Part shown: one piece after another, positions 12,177 to 24,207 of the stretch
Layout of the letters: every line of letters starts with the position of its first letter
How positions within the stretch are numbered: the first letter of the stretch is position 1
Assembly: GCA_038087875.1 (NCBI GenBank)
Contig: JAXLNO010000672.1
Coordinates: 62,001 to 108,944 of the forward strand
Reading direction: 5' to 3'
Source: Malacoraja senta
Lineage: Eukaryota
DNA: 46,944 nt
Notes under the pieces: model-generated
The model's input: the letters and a program-made list of their open reading frames with translations, nothing else
Told to the model about the DNA's origin: nothing
Databases searched by the model: none
Made by a program: the position numbers and the translations under genes

Positions 12177-15100
12177 TCCTTCCCCTTGCAAGCTCCCCGT
12201 AATGCACAGGCAGCTTGACCAACCGCCCGGAGCGGGTACGCAGCCCGCCCTCCCCCACCCCCCCCCCAGGAAGAGCAGGGACAGGAGCAGGAGCGGTGAT
12301 AGGGGAACGGGCAGGAGAATGAGCAGGAGAGGGAGGACGAGGAGACCGGGGAGGAGAAACGGGCACCGCAGCGGGCACGCGAGCGGGAGAGGTAGGCTGG
12401 GGGGGGGCAGGAGGAGCAGTGGGAGAATGGGGCACCAAGGGTTGAGAGGGCAGAGTCCTGGGCATGTGAGGAGTGGTAGGCAGAGAGGTAGCAACCGGAG
12501 GTGCAAAAGGGGCTGCAGGAGGCGGAGCGGGCTCGTTAACCGGCAGCAAATGCTGGCGGGACCGGCGGTAGGTGGTACCCTCGTAGTCAACCAGGTAAAA
12601 CCGCGGAGAGTCTGCAGAGCCGACGACAACAGCCAGCCGGTAGTGTCCTGAGGGGGACTGCATCCGGACGACCTGGCCCTGGAAGAGACGCGGAAGGGGA
12701 CGGCAGGATTTGTCGTGGGTGCGCTTCTGGATAGCCTGTTTCTGGGCAATGCGCTCCTGGACAGCAGCAGGGCTGCGGACCGCGGGCTCTAGGGATCGCT
12801 GGGAGACAGGGATCGGAGGGCGTGTGGTGCGGGACATGAGCCGCTGAGCAGGCGAGCCTAGGGCAGTGTCACGAGAAATATTGCGGAGATTCAGTAGGGC
12901 CAGGTAAAAATCCGAATGCGATAGTCTACACTGCTCCAACAGCTCCTCAGCACTGCGGACGGCGCGCTCAGCAAGGCCGTTGCTCTGCAGGTACTCAGGG
13001 CTGCTGGTGATGTGGCGAAAGTTCCAGGCGGCAGCGAAGGCGCGGAACTCCGCACTCGAGAACTGGCCGCCGTTGTCAGACTGCAAAGTCACAGGAGAGC
13101 CAAAGATCCCAAAGTTGCGGCGCAGCTTCCCGATGACAGCAGCAGAAGTGAGGGAGGGCAGCTGATCCACCTTGAACCAGCTGGAATAGGAGTCTACCAG
13201 GACCAGGAAATGTTTGCCACGCCACTCAAATATGTCAGTAGCGACCGCCATCCACGCCAGGTCGGGGGCAGGCTGTTGCAGGAGTGGCTGGCGTTGCTGG
13301 TGGGGAGAGAGGCTATTGCAGGTTGAGCAGGCGGAGACCCTATCCCGGATGTCCTGTGCCATGCCAGGCCAATAAAATTGGCTCTGGGCCTGGGACAGGG
13401 TGGCATCGGCTCCGGGATGGCCGCTGTGGGCAGTTTGGAAATAGTGGTCCCGCAGCGCAGCAGGCACCACAACCTTGTGGCCCTTCACCACCACACCGTC
13501 ATGCAGCACAAGTTCATCCCGGACTAGGAAGTAGGGCGCAGCACCAGCCGGCAAGGATGAGCGACGGTCAGGCCAGCCACGACGGATGACGTCTACAAGC
13601 TGTTGCAGGGCAGGATCATTGGCAGTGTGCTGAACCAGGGACTGCATTTGCCGGGAAGGCACAATGTTAACGTTTAGCACCATCAGGTCGGACGATTCGT
13701 ACGGGTGGCGGGCAGTAGACGCCAGCGGTGCGCGGGACAGCGTGTCGGCCACAAACATGTCCTTGCCCTTTCGGTACACGATTCGAAACGTGAAACGCTG
13801 GAGCTGCAGCATCATACGCTGCAAACGGGAAGAGGCAACGTGGATCGGTTTGTTCAAGATCGTGACCAGCGGCTGGTGGTCGGTCTCAATAGTGAAAGTG
13901 TTACCCAGAATGTAGTCCTTGAACTTCGAGCAGGCAAACACCACGGCAAGGAGTTCCTTCTCGATCTGAGCATAGCGTTGTTCGGCAGGGGTCATGGTGC
14001 GGGAAGCGTAGGAGACAGGTAGCTGTAGGCTGTCATAGAGTTGCAGGCAGGCGGCACCGAGACCGAAATTCGAGGCATCGCAGGTGAGGACGATGGGGCG
14101 CTTCAAGTTGAAGAACTTGAGAGTGGGGGTGCGAACCAGCCGCGACTTCAGGGCTTCGAAAGCTGCCTGATGCTGCGGGAACCAAACCCAGGCAGTGTCC
14201 TTCTTGGTCAGTTCTCTCAGGGGCGCACACAGCTCGCTGAGGTCGGGAATGAACTTCCCCAGGTAGTTCACCATGCCCAAGGAGCGCTGCAGGCTGGGCA
14301 CGTCGGCCGGAGCTGGCATCCCTGAGACCGCAGCTGTCTTCTGTGGGTCTGGTTTCAGACCCTCAGCCGTGAAAACGTGGCCCACGTATGTGACCTCCGG
14401 GACGCGGAAACGGCACTTTCTGGGGTTCAGTTTGAGGTTGATCTCACGAGCCCTATCCAGGACTTGGCGGAGGTGGAGGTCGTGCTCAACGACGTCTCTC
14501 CCGTACACTAAGATGTCATCGACGATGATAGCACACGGCAGACCGGCAAATAGCTGCTCCATGGTGCGCTGGAAAACCTCGCTGGCAGAATTGATCCCGA
14601 AAGGCATGCGGAGGAAACGGAACCTGCCGAAAGGTGTACCGAAAGTGGTCAGGAAGGAGGAACGTTCATCCAGCGGAATCTGCCAGAAAGAGCTCTTGGC
14701 ATCAAGGACAGAGAAGACAGTGGCTGGGCCAACCTGTGCAGCGACGTCCTCCACCGTTCGCATGGGGTAGTGCGGGCGCTTGATGGCAAGGTTCAGGTCC
14801 TTGGGGTTTATACAGATCCGAATCTCACTCTTGTCCTTCTTAGCAGCAACGACCATGGTGGAGACCCACCGGGTGGGATCACTCACCTCCTTGATGATGC
14901 CCACGGCCACCATGTGGCACAGTGACGACTCCACCCTGTCCTTCATGGCAAAGGAAAGAGCCGGGTGGATTACCGGATCGACCCCCGGGTCCACAACGAT
15001 TTCGTAATTGTAGGGTAGTTTGCCCAATACATCATCAAAACGATCAGGGTACTCGCTCATGGGGTCCATGGGGGCCTGCACCAGGTGGATATCGTGGTGG

Positions 15101-15670
15101 AAGGAAACCAAACCGAGGTCCTGGCACGCACTGGCGCCCAACAGAGTAACATTCTCAGATTCCAGCAGGAGGAAACAGAGGGGCCGAGAGGTCTTCAGAA
15201 CCGTGCAGATAAGGGTTGCCTTCCCGACTGGTACGAGCACTCCCCCCCCATAGGCATGAAGACGGGAGTCGTTGGCAGTAACCTTCTCACCAGATCTTAT
15301 CTGCTCAAAGAGGCTTAAAGACATAACATTGGCAAACGCCCCTGTGTTGACCGCAGGAAATGTCATCCCATTCACAGTAACTCGCACTGAGGGATCAGCT
15401 ATCAAAGCAGGTGCACCCAAAACTGAAAAAATACGCGATTCATAATGGCAGGAACTGGTATCAGAATCAGGGAGTTTGTCTGAATGATACTGGGAACCAT
15501 GAGTGCTATCAGTCACAGCAAGGTTGTTTAGACTCCTTCTTGGAGCAGAGACAGGCTGGCCCCTGGAACGACACGCTGCGGAAAAGTGATTCAGCTTTCT
15601 ACAGAAATTGCAAGTTTTCCCCAGCGCAGGGCAAACATTAAATTGATGATTGGCGAAGTTGCAGTTGGGG
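12172..15670 (-). CDS. pol: Gypsy Gag C-terminal zinc knuckles + Pol (protease, RT, RNase H, integrase)
   Basis: CPALGKTCNFCRKLNHFSAAC knuckle, VNTGA (DTGA-like), LDAKSSFWQI, IIVDDIL, CDASNFGLGA, EKELLAVV, TDHQPL, HSGH..CSTC, DSYS..SDNG..AERAV. Open for about 1165 codons. Confidence 0.92.
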
Positions 15671-16312
15671 GCAACGACGTGGGCTGTCCCTTGCGGGTGC
15701 GGGAGTGCTACGCTGGCGTGGCGGGCCATCGTTCCGCCGGCGTCCAGCAGCACCGGCATAGTGAATGTCCTGAGCCTCAGGTGGAGATACGGAGTCGACA
15801 GCAGCAGCCATGCGAGAGGCATGCAAAGCCTCGTTTAAAGTGATGTCTGGCTTCCTCAAGAGCTCTGCCCGTAGCTTCTCGTCCTCTAGGCCGTGAACTA
15901 GGACATCCCTGATCATTTGGTCGGGGGTCACCGCGTCCAGGCGGCAACGCCAAGCCAGGTGACGCAACGATGCAATGAAGGAGTCGATGTGCTCCCCGGG
16001 GTTCTGGCGCCTGGTGAAAAACTTAAACCGCTCTATAATGCAATTGGTGGGAATGTCACATAGCGCGGTAAATTTAGTCGTAAGACATACCGGGTCCTGA
16101 GCATTCTCACCAGCGGCGTACTCGAATGATTCAGAACGTTCCATGGCCTCCGGGCCAGCCAGGTTGAGGAGCAGATGTGACGTAACCGCAGGGGTAGCAT
16201 TAGGATGAGCGATCGCGATGTAATGCTCGAAGTCGCGCCTAAAGACAGTCCACCGGTGCACGATGTCGGAGTCAAACACCAGCATGTCAGGCCTACGACA
16301 CGAGTTGGCCAT
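15638..16312 (-). CDS. gag: Gypsy Gag (capsid part), separated from pol by a 1-nt frameshift near 15667-15671
   Basis: ATG at 16312 (MANSCRRP); ERFKFFTRRQNPGEHIDSFIASLR and MIRDVLVHGL are retrotransposon gag motifs. Confidence 0.88.
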   Translation of the reverse strand: MANSCRRPDMLVFDSDIVHRWTVFRRDFEHYIAIAHPNATPAVTSHLLLNLAGPEAMERSESFEYAAGENAQDPVCLTTKFTALCDIPTNCIIERFKFFTRRQNPGEHIDSFIASLRHLAWRCRLDAVTPDQMIRDVLVHGLEDEKLRAELLRKPDITLNEALHASRMAAAVDSVSPPEAQDIHYAGAAGRRRNDGPPRQRSTPAPARDSPRRCPQLQLRQSSI

Positions 16313-16400
16313 GGTAAATAAAGGGTTGGAAAAGAAAAACTGGGAGAAAACAAAAAAAAAACGATAGACAGGAGACGCAAGGTTCAACTTTGTGACACCA

Positions 16401-16611
16401 TGTAAAGACTTTCCAAACACGTGATGTCTTCACTACTAGTTTATTGCAGACATTGTAATCATACACACACACAGTGCCCTAGCTGTTCGTGGTCCGTCAC
16501 CGGAGCTAGAGAGAGAGCTGGGGGTGGGGAGGCTACAATTATACTGAAGGTAATGGGGAGTGGTTAGTAGTGGTGAGGTCACTATGTTAAAGGAGCATGC
16601 ACTGATCTACA
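16401..16611 (-). repeat. 5' LTR of the Gypsy element
   Basis: Direct repeat of 11966-12176, followed on the minus strand by TGGTGTCAC. Confidence 0.96.
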
Positions 16612-16827
16612 CCTTAACATCACTTTTTTTTAAAAATCACTATAAAGACTTGTATTTGCTTTTTTTTGGTATTCAACTTTATATCACATTTTTTCTCTCT
16701 TTATCTAAGGTACTTTTCAAGAAGAAGATGTAATATAAATCTAAAAATTTAGGATGACCACCCAACACCCAGAACTCTGAGGTATTTGCTTGCACCATAT
16801 GATTCAGGAATACTATTTTGATATATA

Positions 16828-19800
16828 ATGCAAGACGATAGACAAATAAAGAATGGAGGAATCACATTCTGTAGTTGGAATATAAGGGGTGCCAATGAAC
16901 CAATAAAGGAGGGGTAAAATTTTTGCTCAACTAAAATCTTTGAAAAGCGACATAATGTTTTTACAGGAAACCCACATGAAACAACAAACACAAATGAGAT
17001 TAAAAGCGAAGTGGATAGGTCAAACATACTATTCGTCATTTACTTCTAAATCTAGAGGTATGGTTATTCTTATTCGAAAAGGTATACCTTTCAAATTAAA
17101 GAATACTATATCAGATAAAGAGGGAAGGTATATTATAGTTTCGGGAGAAATTTATGCAACCCCACTAACTATGATAAATATTTACGCTCCAAATTTTGAC
17201 ATCCCCAAATTTTTTGATAAAATTATAGATATAATACTAGAGTTTAATTACCAAAATGTGATAATAGGGGGGGGGGGGGCTTCAACTGTGTTTTAGATCC
17301 ATACTTAGACAAATCAGTAAAACAAAGGAGGAGTAATTTAAAATCTAAGACTAGTGAACTTCTAAATACATATATAAAAAATACTAATATAAGAGATGTA
17401 TGGAGATCTGCTAATCCAGTAGGAAGGGAATACTCGTTTTACTCTTCGGTACATAAAACTTATTCAAGAATTGATTATTTTTTAGTGGATATGAAATTAA
17501 TGCCATATACAATTAATCCAACATACCACGTTAGTAGTATTTCTGATCACTCTCCGTTGACATTTTCAGTAAAATTTGAGGGAATGCCGTGTAAAAACTT
17601 TTTTTGGAGGTTTAATACACATATTTTAAATGACTTACAAGGTTATCAATACTTAAAACAACAAATGAAAAAAAAAATTGAGACAAATGACACACCAGGT
17701 ACTTCGCCTTCTTTATTATGGGAAACTTTTAAGGCATTTATTAGAGGAATTATAATTTCATATCAAATTTTTCAAAATAAAAAGAATAAGACAGAACAAA
17801 TGCTGTTAGAACAAGAAATTAGACAGTTAGAGTTAGATAATGCCAAAGATTCCACTACAGATAAACATAATAACATAATGTTACCGGAATTTAAACTTAA
17901 CCGAATTTTATCGGCAAAAGTAATAAGACTATTCCAAATTACAAAACAGGAACATTTTGAGTTTGGTGACTAACCACATAAGCTTTAACTCGTCAATTGA
18001 AAAAACAAGAAAAGGAAAATACTATAAGTAAAATTAAATCAGAGAAAGGTGAATTACAAAAGGACAAAGGACAAATTACATTTATTATCACATACACCAA
18101 TTGGTGTAGTGAAATTCGACTTGCCAATGCAGCACACGAATAAAGATAATACACAACATTAAAGAATTTAACAGTAAACATAAAAACATCCCCCCACAAT
18201 GGTTCCCACTGTGGGGGAAGGCAGCAAAACTCCAGTCCCATCCCCACTTCACCCATAGTCGGGCCTATTGAGGCCTCTGCAGTCGCCGATATGGCAGCCC
18301 GATGCTTCAGGCCCTCTCGCCGGATGATGAAGCTCCGGCGTCGGGTAAACACTCTCAGCGGCCCGGAGTGTCTGGAGCGGCCGCTTCCTCCCAGGAGACC
18401 GCGGCTCCCGAAGTCCACGAGCCACGCTGGTCGGAGCTCCGACTCTGGCGACCTCGACGTGAGATCCCAGGCTCCGCGGTGTTTAAAGCTCAGCGCCACC
18501 CGCGGCTGGAAGCTCCACAGACAGCTGATGTTGGAGTCGGCGGTCACAGCACTCCGGAGCTTACTGCATGGCGACCCGGGTTAGGCATCGCCCGCTCCAC
18601 GATGGTGCCTCAGCGCTGAGCCGCCGCCGAAGCTGAAGTCCTGGCCGGTCCCGGCAGGAAAACGCCGCTCCAGTCTGCCCGTAGGCCGCGAGGAAGGGGC
18701 GAAGATATGGCTCGGAGAAAAGCCACATCTCCGACCAGGTAGGTACTGAGACAAATAGTTTCCCCCTTTTCCCCCCACCCCCCACATAAAAAGACTAAAA
18801 GACCTCCAACACAAACACTTTTAACTAACTAAAAATAAAAATCGGTGAAAAGACTAACAGCTGCTGGCAGGGCAGCCATACTCGATGGCACCCCCCTAGT
18901 GAAATATTATTAATACTACCTAAAGATATTAACAATAGATTTGCACAATTTTATCAAAATTTATATATATCTAAAACTAAAATAGAAGATAGTAAAATTT
19001 AAAAAAATTTAGATAACTGTAATCTTCCAAAACTTGATCTTTTGGAACAAGAGGAACTTGGAGCTCAAATTACAATTGAAGAAATAGGTGAAACAATAAA
19101 ATCGCTGAACAATGGTAAAACACTGGGACCAGATGGTTTTAGTAATGAATTTTATAAAAAATTTCATGAGATAACGACTCCGTATTTATTTAATTTATAT
19201 ACTCACGGTTTTAAAGAAAATATACTACCTGAAACATTAGCAGAATCAACTATTACGCTTATTCCAAAAAAAGATAAAAATTTAGATGATCATATGGAGC
19301 TATATCACTTTTAAATACAGACCAGAAAATTTTAGCAAAGATTTTAGCAAGAAGATTAAGCAAATATATTAGTAAACTGATAAACCCTGATCAAACGGGG
19401 TTTATACCTAAAAGATACTAATTTAATCATTTGAGACGCCTGTTTAACATAATGTACTCACATAAAAGGGAGGAAGAAGATATATCAATTAATTCTCTGG
19501 ACGCAGAGAAAGCATTTAATCAGGTAGAGTGGCAATACTTATATAAAGTACTGCAAAAATTTAATATGGGAGAGAATTTTATTACATGGGTAAAACTATT
19601 ATATGATAAACCGATGGCAAGAATATTAACTAATAATATGTTATCTCAAAAATTTCAATTATCGAGGGGCAATAGGCAGGGATGTGCATTATCACCCCTG
19701 CTATTTGCCCTTATGATAGAGCCTTTGGCTGAAAGTATAAGAATTCATCCGAATATTCATGGCTATAACACTAGGGACTCAAATAATAAAATTTCATTAT

Positions 19801-21442
19801 ATGCAGATGATATACTTTTATATATTACAAAGTCACAAACGAGTATACCAAATTTATTAAATTTAATAGAGGAATTCGGGTAATTTTCTGGATATAGAAT
19901 AAACTGGAATAAAAGTGAAATTATGACGTTAAAACCTCAAGAATCCACACACTTACTGAAGTTCCCCTTTAAAATTGCAATAGAAAAATTTAAATATTTG
20001 TGTATTCAAATTACGAGAAAATATAAAGCATTATTCAACGCTAATTTTATACCTTTATTAAATAAACTCAATATGTGGATTAAATTTTGGAAAACACTTT
20101 CTTTATCATTAATAGGTAGAATAAATTCTATAAAATTGATCTTTCTACCACAATTATTATACCTATTTCAATCTATACCATTATATATACCAAAATACTT
20201 CTTAAAAAAATTAGACTCTAATATTACCAATTTTATTTGGGATTATAGATCACATAGAATTTTTAAAAACCATTTATGTAAATCAAAAGATGTCGGGGGG
20301 CTCTCACTCCCGAATTTTTTGTATTATTATTGGGCAGTGCATATTAAGAATATAATTTATTGGTTGGACAGTTCTACCCAACAGACAGATAGATAAGAAT
20401 GGAGAAAGAGGATTGTTTACCTTGTAATATAGGAACGATCCTCTTCTCTCCGAAAAAACTGAACAACACAATATATAAGTAGAACCCAATTATACACGAT
20501 ACAATAAGAATTTGGAAACAAATAAAATTAACCTTAAAATTAAGAAATGTATCATTGTTAACGCCTATAGCGAACAACCCTTTAATTAAACCATCTCTTA
20601 TTGATAAAACATATAACCAATGGGAAAGTTTAGGAATTAAAAGGATCGGGGATATGTATGAAATGGGAAATCTATTATCATTCCAACAATTACAATTAAA
20701 ATTTAAATTGAAAAATAACCAATATTTTAAATATCTTCAGATTTGCGATTTCATGAAGAAATACATACAAGGATATCAAAAAGTAACTCACAAAAATTAA
20801 TATCATATTTATATAATAGTATTTTAAATATAGATTTACCATCGACAGAGGTACTTAGAGAAGAGTGGGAACGGGAATTAATGATAAAAATTACGAAGGT
20901 TACATGGGAAACGTATTTGATATATACACACAAATGTTCGATTAATGCAAGACATAATCTAATTCAATTTAAAATTTTACATAGATTATATTATTCAAAA
21001 ACAAGATTGAATAAATTCTATCCAAATATATCCCCCATTTGTGATAAATGTCTATCCCAAAACGCAACTATAACACACTCTTTTGTTTCCTGCATAAAAC
21101 TTTATAGATTTTGGAGTGATATTTTTGATATATTTACAAAACTATTTAAGATAAGAATGGAACCTAATACTGAAATGATTATATTTGGAGTAATGGACGA
21201 TGGGAATAAATTGAACTTATCACAACATTTATTTTTTTAATTATGGTTTAATAATAGCAAAAAACCGAATACTTAAATTTTGGAAAAATACACCAATACC
21301 AGCGCTTAAAATGTGGATCGCAAGCAGGTTGGACACCACACATGTTGAAGAAATGCGATTCCTCCTGATAGAAAAATCAGACCAATTCTTAACGAGTTGG
21401 TCTCCATTTGTCATCTTTTTGGAATCATATGGTGCAACATAA
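16828..21442 (+). pseudogene. L1-1 ORF2 (APE endonuclease, RT, C-terminal zinc finger), frameshifted and interrupted
   Basis: MQDDRQIKNGGITFCSWN, FLQETH, SDHSPL, GPDGFS, LDAEKAF, RQGCALSPLLF, YADD and CDKC..H..C spread over several frames; insertion at about 18057-18898. Confidence 0.93.
18057..18898 (-). mobile_element. Non-coding ~840-bp retroposon-like insert with a LINE-type 3' tail, inside L1-1 ORF2
   Basis: GC-rich block that splits KSEKGEL|LILPKDINNRF. The minus strand ends GAATTTCACTACACCAATTGGTGTATGTGATAATAAA plus (TGTCCTT)n-like repeats. Only an imperfect TSD (GTGAATTA / GTGAAATATTA). Confidence 0.65.
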
Positions 21443-21778
21443 TTGTAGAAACTAATTGTTTCAGGACTGGGTGGGGGATGGTCAAGATTATAAATAATGT
21501 ACTCCTTATTTCTTTATATTTGTATTTTTTATTCTCTTTTTCCTACTTTCTTTTCTTCAACTTTCTTCTTTCATTCTCTTTTTTCTTTTTCACACACTAT
21601 ATATCTCACGTTTTTCTATTCTTTATTATCTAATTTCTTTTTCTTATTTTTCTTTATTATAATTTAAAAAAAATAAGAAGATGTACATAAAATGTAATAT
21701 GCAAATATATATTAGGCACTTTGGTGCCATATGACTGTACTCACTTCTAATAAAATAAAATATTAAAAAAAAAAAAAA

Positions 21779-21884
21779 GAGAATGCCAAAGTTGCCTTGC
21801 CTAATTGAAAAGTTGGTTTGAGAATGCCAAAGTTGCCTTGCCTAATTGAAAAGTTAGTTTGAGAATGCCAAAGTTGCCTTGCCT
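21779..21884. repeat. Last ~2.5 monomers of the 41-bp satellite
   Basis: Same unit as 1-9756; abuts the Helitron-like head TCTATATAATTAAAAG at 21885. Confidence 0.95.
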
Positions 21885-22091
21885 TCTATATAATTAAAAG
21901 TATAATCTTGCCCACTTTCTGTTTGCGCTGTATATCGATTTTAGGAAAAACGCTACCACGTTCAGCTGTGATTTTTGGCCATCTTACTCAGAGTCCCCCT
22001 CTGCTCATCGGGTGCTGAGGATTTTTTCCATCGATGAAAAATAAAAGTGTTTTAAAATGTTGAGATTCTCTCCTGTGAATTACGCCATGAA

Positions 22092-22165
22092 GGCCATGCC
22101 CCTTCTGGTATGAGGGACTATAAAACCTGGAAGTGTGGGCGTGGCTCAGTCTCTGCAAGACGGGG
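22092..22165 (+). promoter_or_regulatory. Putative Pol II core promoter in the Helitron head (GC box/ETS-like, TATA, Inr)
   Basis: TATAAAA at 22119; the A of Inr-like TCAGT lies 29 nt later; GGAAGTG and GGGCGTGGC motifs. Similar layout in the other heads. Confidence 0.45.
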
Positions 22166-22371
22166 AGGGAGAGGTCACGACTCTCTGTTTTTAGTGGCCT
22201 TGCACCCTGCTTGAAATGGTATGAAACTGCATTTGAATTGGGTGGCCTTGCACCCTACTTGAAATGGTATGAAACTGAATTTGAATTCGGTGGCCTTGCA
22301 CCCTACTTGAAATGGTATGAAACTGCATTTGAATTCGGTGGCCTTGACCCTGCTTGAAATGGTAGGAAACT

Positions 22372-23456
22372 CTTGCAAAGAGTAGGAGTAAACGGGTCCT
22401 TTTCAGAATGGCAGGCAGTGACCAGTGGGGTACCGCAAGGCTCAGTGCTGGGACCTCAGCTATTTACAATATATATATTAATGATCTGGCTGAGGGAATT
22501 GAATGCAACATCTCCAAGTTTGTGGATGACATGAAGCTGGGGGGCAGTGTTAGCTGTGAGGAAGGTGCTAGGAGGTTGCAAGATGACTTGGATAGGCTGG
22601 GTGAGTGGGAAAATGCATGGCAGATGCAGTATAATGTGCATAAATGTGAGGTTATCCACTTTGGTGGCAAAAACAGGAAAGTAGACTATTGCCTGAATGG
22701 TGGCCGATTAAGAAAAGGGGAATTGCAACGAGACCTGGGTGTCATGGTACACCAGTCATTGAAAGTGAGCATGCAGGTGCAGCAGGCAGTGAAGAAAGCA
22801 AATGGTATGTTAGCATTCATAGCAAAAGGATTTGAGTATAGCAGCAGGGAGGTTCTACTGCAGTTGTACAGGGTCTTGGTGAGACCACACCTGGAGTATT
22901 GCATACAGTTTTGGTCTCCTAATCTGAGGAAGGACATTCTTGCCATAGAGGGAGTACAGAGAAGGTTCACCAGACTGATTCCTCGGATGTCAGGACTTTC
23001 ATATGAGGAAAGACTGGATAGACTCGGCTTGTACTCGCTGGAATTTAGAAGACTGAGGGGGGATCTTATAGAAACTTACAAAATTCTTAAGGGGTTGGAC
23101 AGGCTAGATGCAGGAAGATTGTTCCCGATGTTGGGGGAGTCCAGAACAAGGGGTCACAGTTTAAGGATAAAGGGGAAATCTTTTAGGACTGAGATGAGAA
23201 AAACATTTTTTACACAGAAAGTGGTGAATCTCTGGAATTCTCTGCCACAGAATGTAGTTGAGGCCAGTTCATTGGCTATATTTAAGAGGGAGTTGGATGT
23301 GGCCCTTGTGGCTAAAGGGATCAGGGGGTATGGAGAGAAAGCAGGTACAGAATACTGAGTTGGATGATCAGCCATGATCATATTGAATGGCGGTGCAGGC
23401 TCGAAGGGCCGAATGGCCTACTCCTGAACCTATTTACTATGTTTCTATGTTTCTAT
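22372..23456 (+). mobile_element. 5'-truncated CR1 LINE
   Basis: RT 3' half, 3' UTR GGGCCGAATGGCC hairpin and (TTTCTATG)n tail; GAAACT duplicated at 22366-22371 and 23457-23462. Confidence 0.93.
22408..23358 (+). pseudogene. CR1 ORF2 C-terminal fragment (RT)
   Basis: [34 protein letters not shown] and RLRGDLIETYKI; no true start, frameshift after [10 protein letters not shown]. Confidence 0.9.
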
Positions 23457-24207
23457 GAAACTGCACTCGAATTTGGTGGCTTGCAGGCTGCTTGACATGT
23501 TAGGAAACTGCATTTGAATTTGGTGGCCTTGCACCCTGCTTGAAGTGGTAGGAAACCGCACTCGAATTTGGTGGCCTTGCAGGCTGCTTGAAATGGTAGG
23601 AAACTGCACTCGAATTTCGGTGCCTTAGTAATAAACATTTACCTCCACTCCCTTTACCATCTAGTATCAGAAGGGGGGGGGGGGGTCAATACAAAGGTAT
23701 ATAGAAATACATCCAACATTTAAATCTGATTAATTCTTTTTGTGAATTTCTATTTACTATGTAGTAGCAGTTGTTGTATTAAGCTTCGATGAGGCCCTTG
23801 TCTTGCAATAAAATACTCATTCAGATTGGAAGGGGTTAACCAAGAGTACATTCTTGGCTGTCTGCCAATTACCTTGTGTTTAAATCAATTCCCTTGCATC
23901 TAATTTCAACTCTGTATAGAGCATATCATGAACGACGGAAGTCGTAAAAATCATTTTTACACCTTTTGGTGGGTCTTCTACAATGTCACTATTTTTTTTT
24001 ATTAGCAGTGCAATGTTTTTATCACTGTACTGCAATATCACTTGTTATATTTTTGAATCACTTTTTACTTTTTTGATTTCTTTGTTAAGGATTTTCTTTA
24101 AAGGGATGTACCTAGAATACCAAGAAGAGATAAGTATACACTCCGCACCTGGAAGATCAAGGTATTGTGTTGCACTATATGGCATAAATATATTAAATTA
24201 ATTGAAA

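Larger units (their letters stand above)
11966..16611 (-). mobile_element. Ty3/Gypsy LTR retrotransposon (Mag-like), full length, nested in the L1-1 inter-ORF spacer
   Basis: Two 211-bp TG...CA LTRs, 4-bp TSD CCTT (11962-11965 and 16612-16615), PBS-like TGGTGTCAC next to the 5' LTR, PPT AGGGGAAGGA at 12177-12186, and PR-RT-RH-INT domain order. Confidence 0.96.
9757..21778 (+). mobile_element. Full-length L1-clade LINE (L1-1) inserted in the satellite
   Basis: 5' end (C)GACTTCCGGT, ORF1, long spacer, APE-RT ORF2, AATAAA at 21749 and poly(A) to 21778. 14-bp TSD GAGAATGCCAAAGT at 9743-9756 and 21779-21792. Confidence 0.95.
22194..23626. repeat. 48-bp tandem repeats of the second Helitron module (split by CR1; continue at 30993-31125)
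   Basis: Unit TGCACCCTGCTTGAAATGGTATGAAACTGCATTTGAATTTGGTGGCCT, period 48 (22201 to 22249); also present at 44254-44370. Confidence 0.9.

Noticed and set aside
15660..15680. Programmed gag-pol ribosomal frameshift
   Set aside because: The break lies inside a CCHC knuckle at a homopolymer with no slippery heptamer; a 1-bp insertion is the simpler explanation.
12147..15843. Many alternative-frame and antisense ORFs over Gypsy pol
   Set aside because: By-products of GC-rich coding sequence with no recognisable domains.
17993..18814. ORFs in the GC-rich insert as a captured gene
   Set aside because: Overlapping low-complexity ORFs on both strands with no domain motifs or splice pattern.
22133..22378. 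48-bp repeat encoding a 16-aa repeat protein
   Set aside because: The ATG after the putative Inr (44212 in copy B) is in another frame and stops after 18 codons; open frames follow from the unit length being a multiple of 3.
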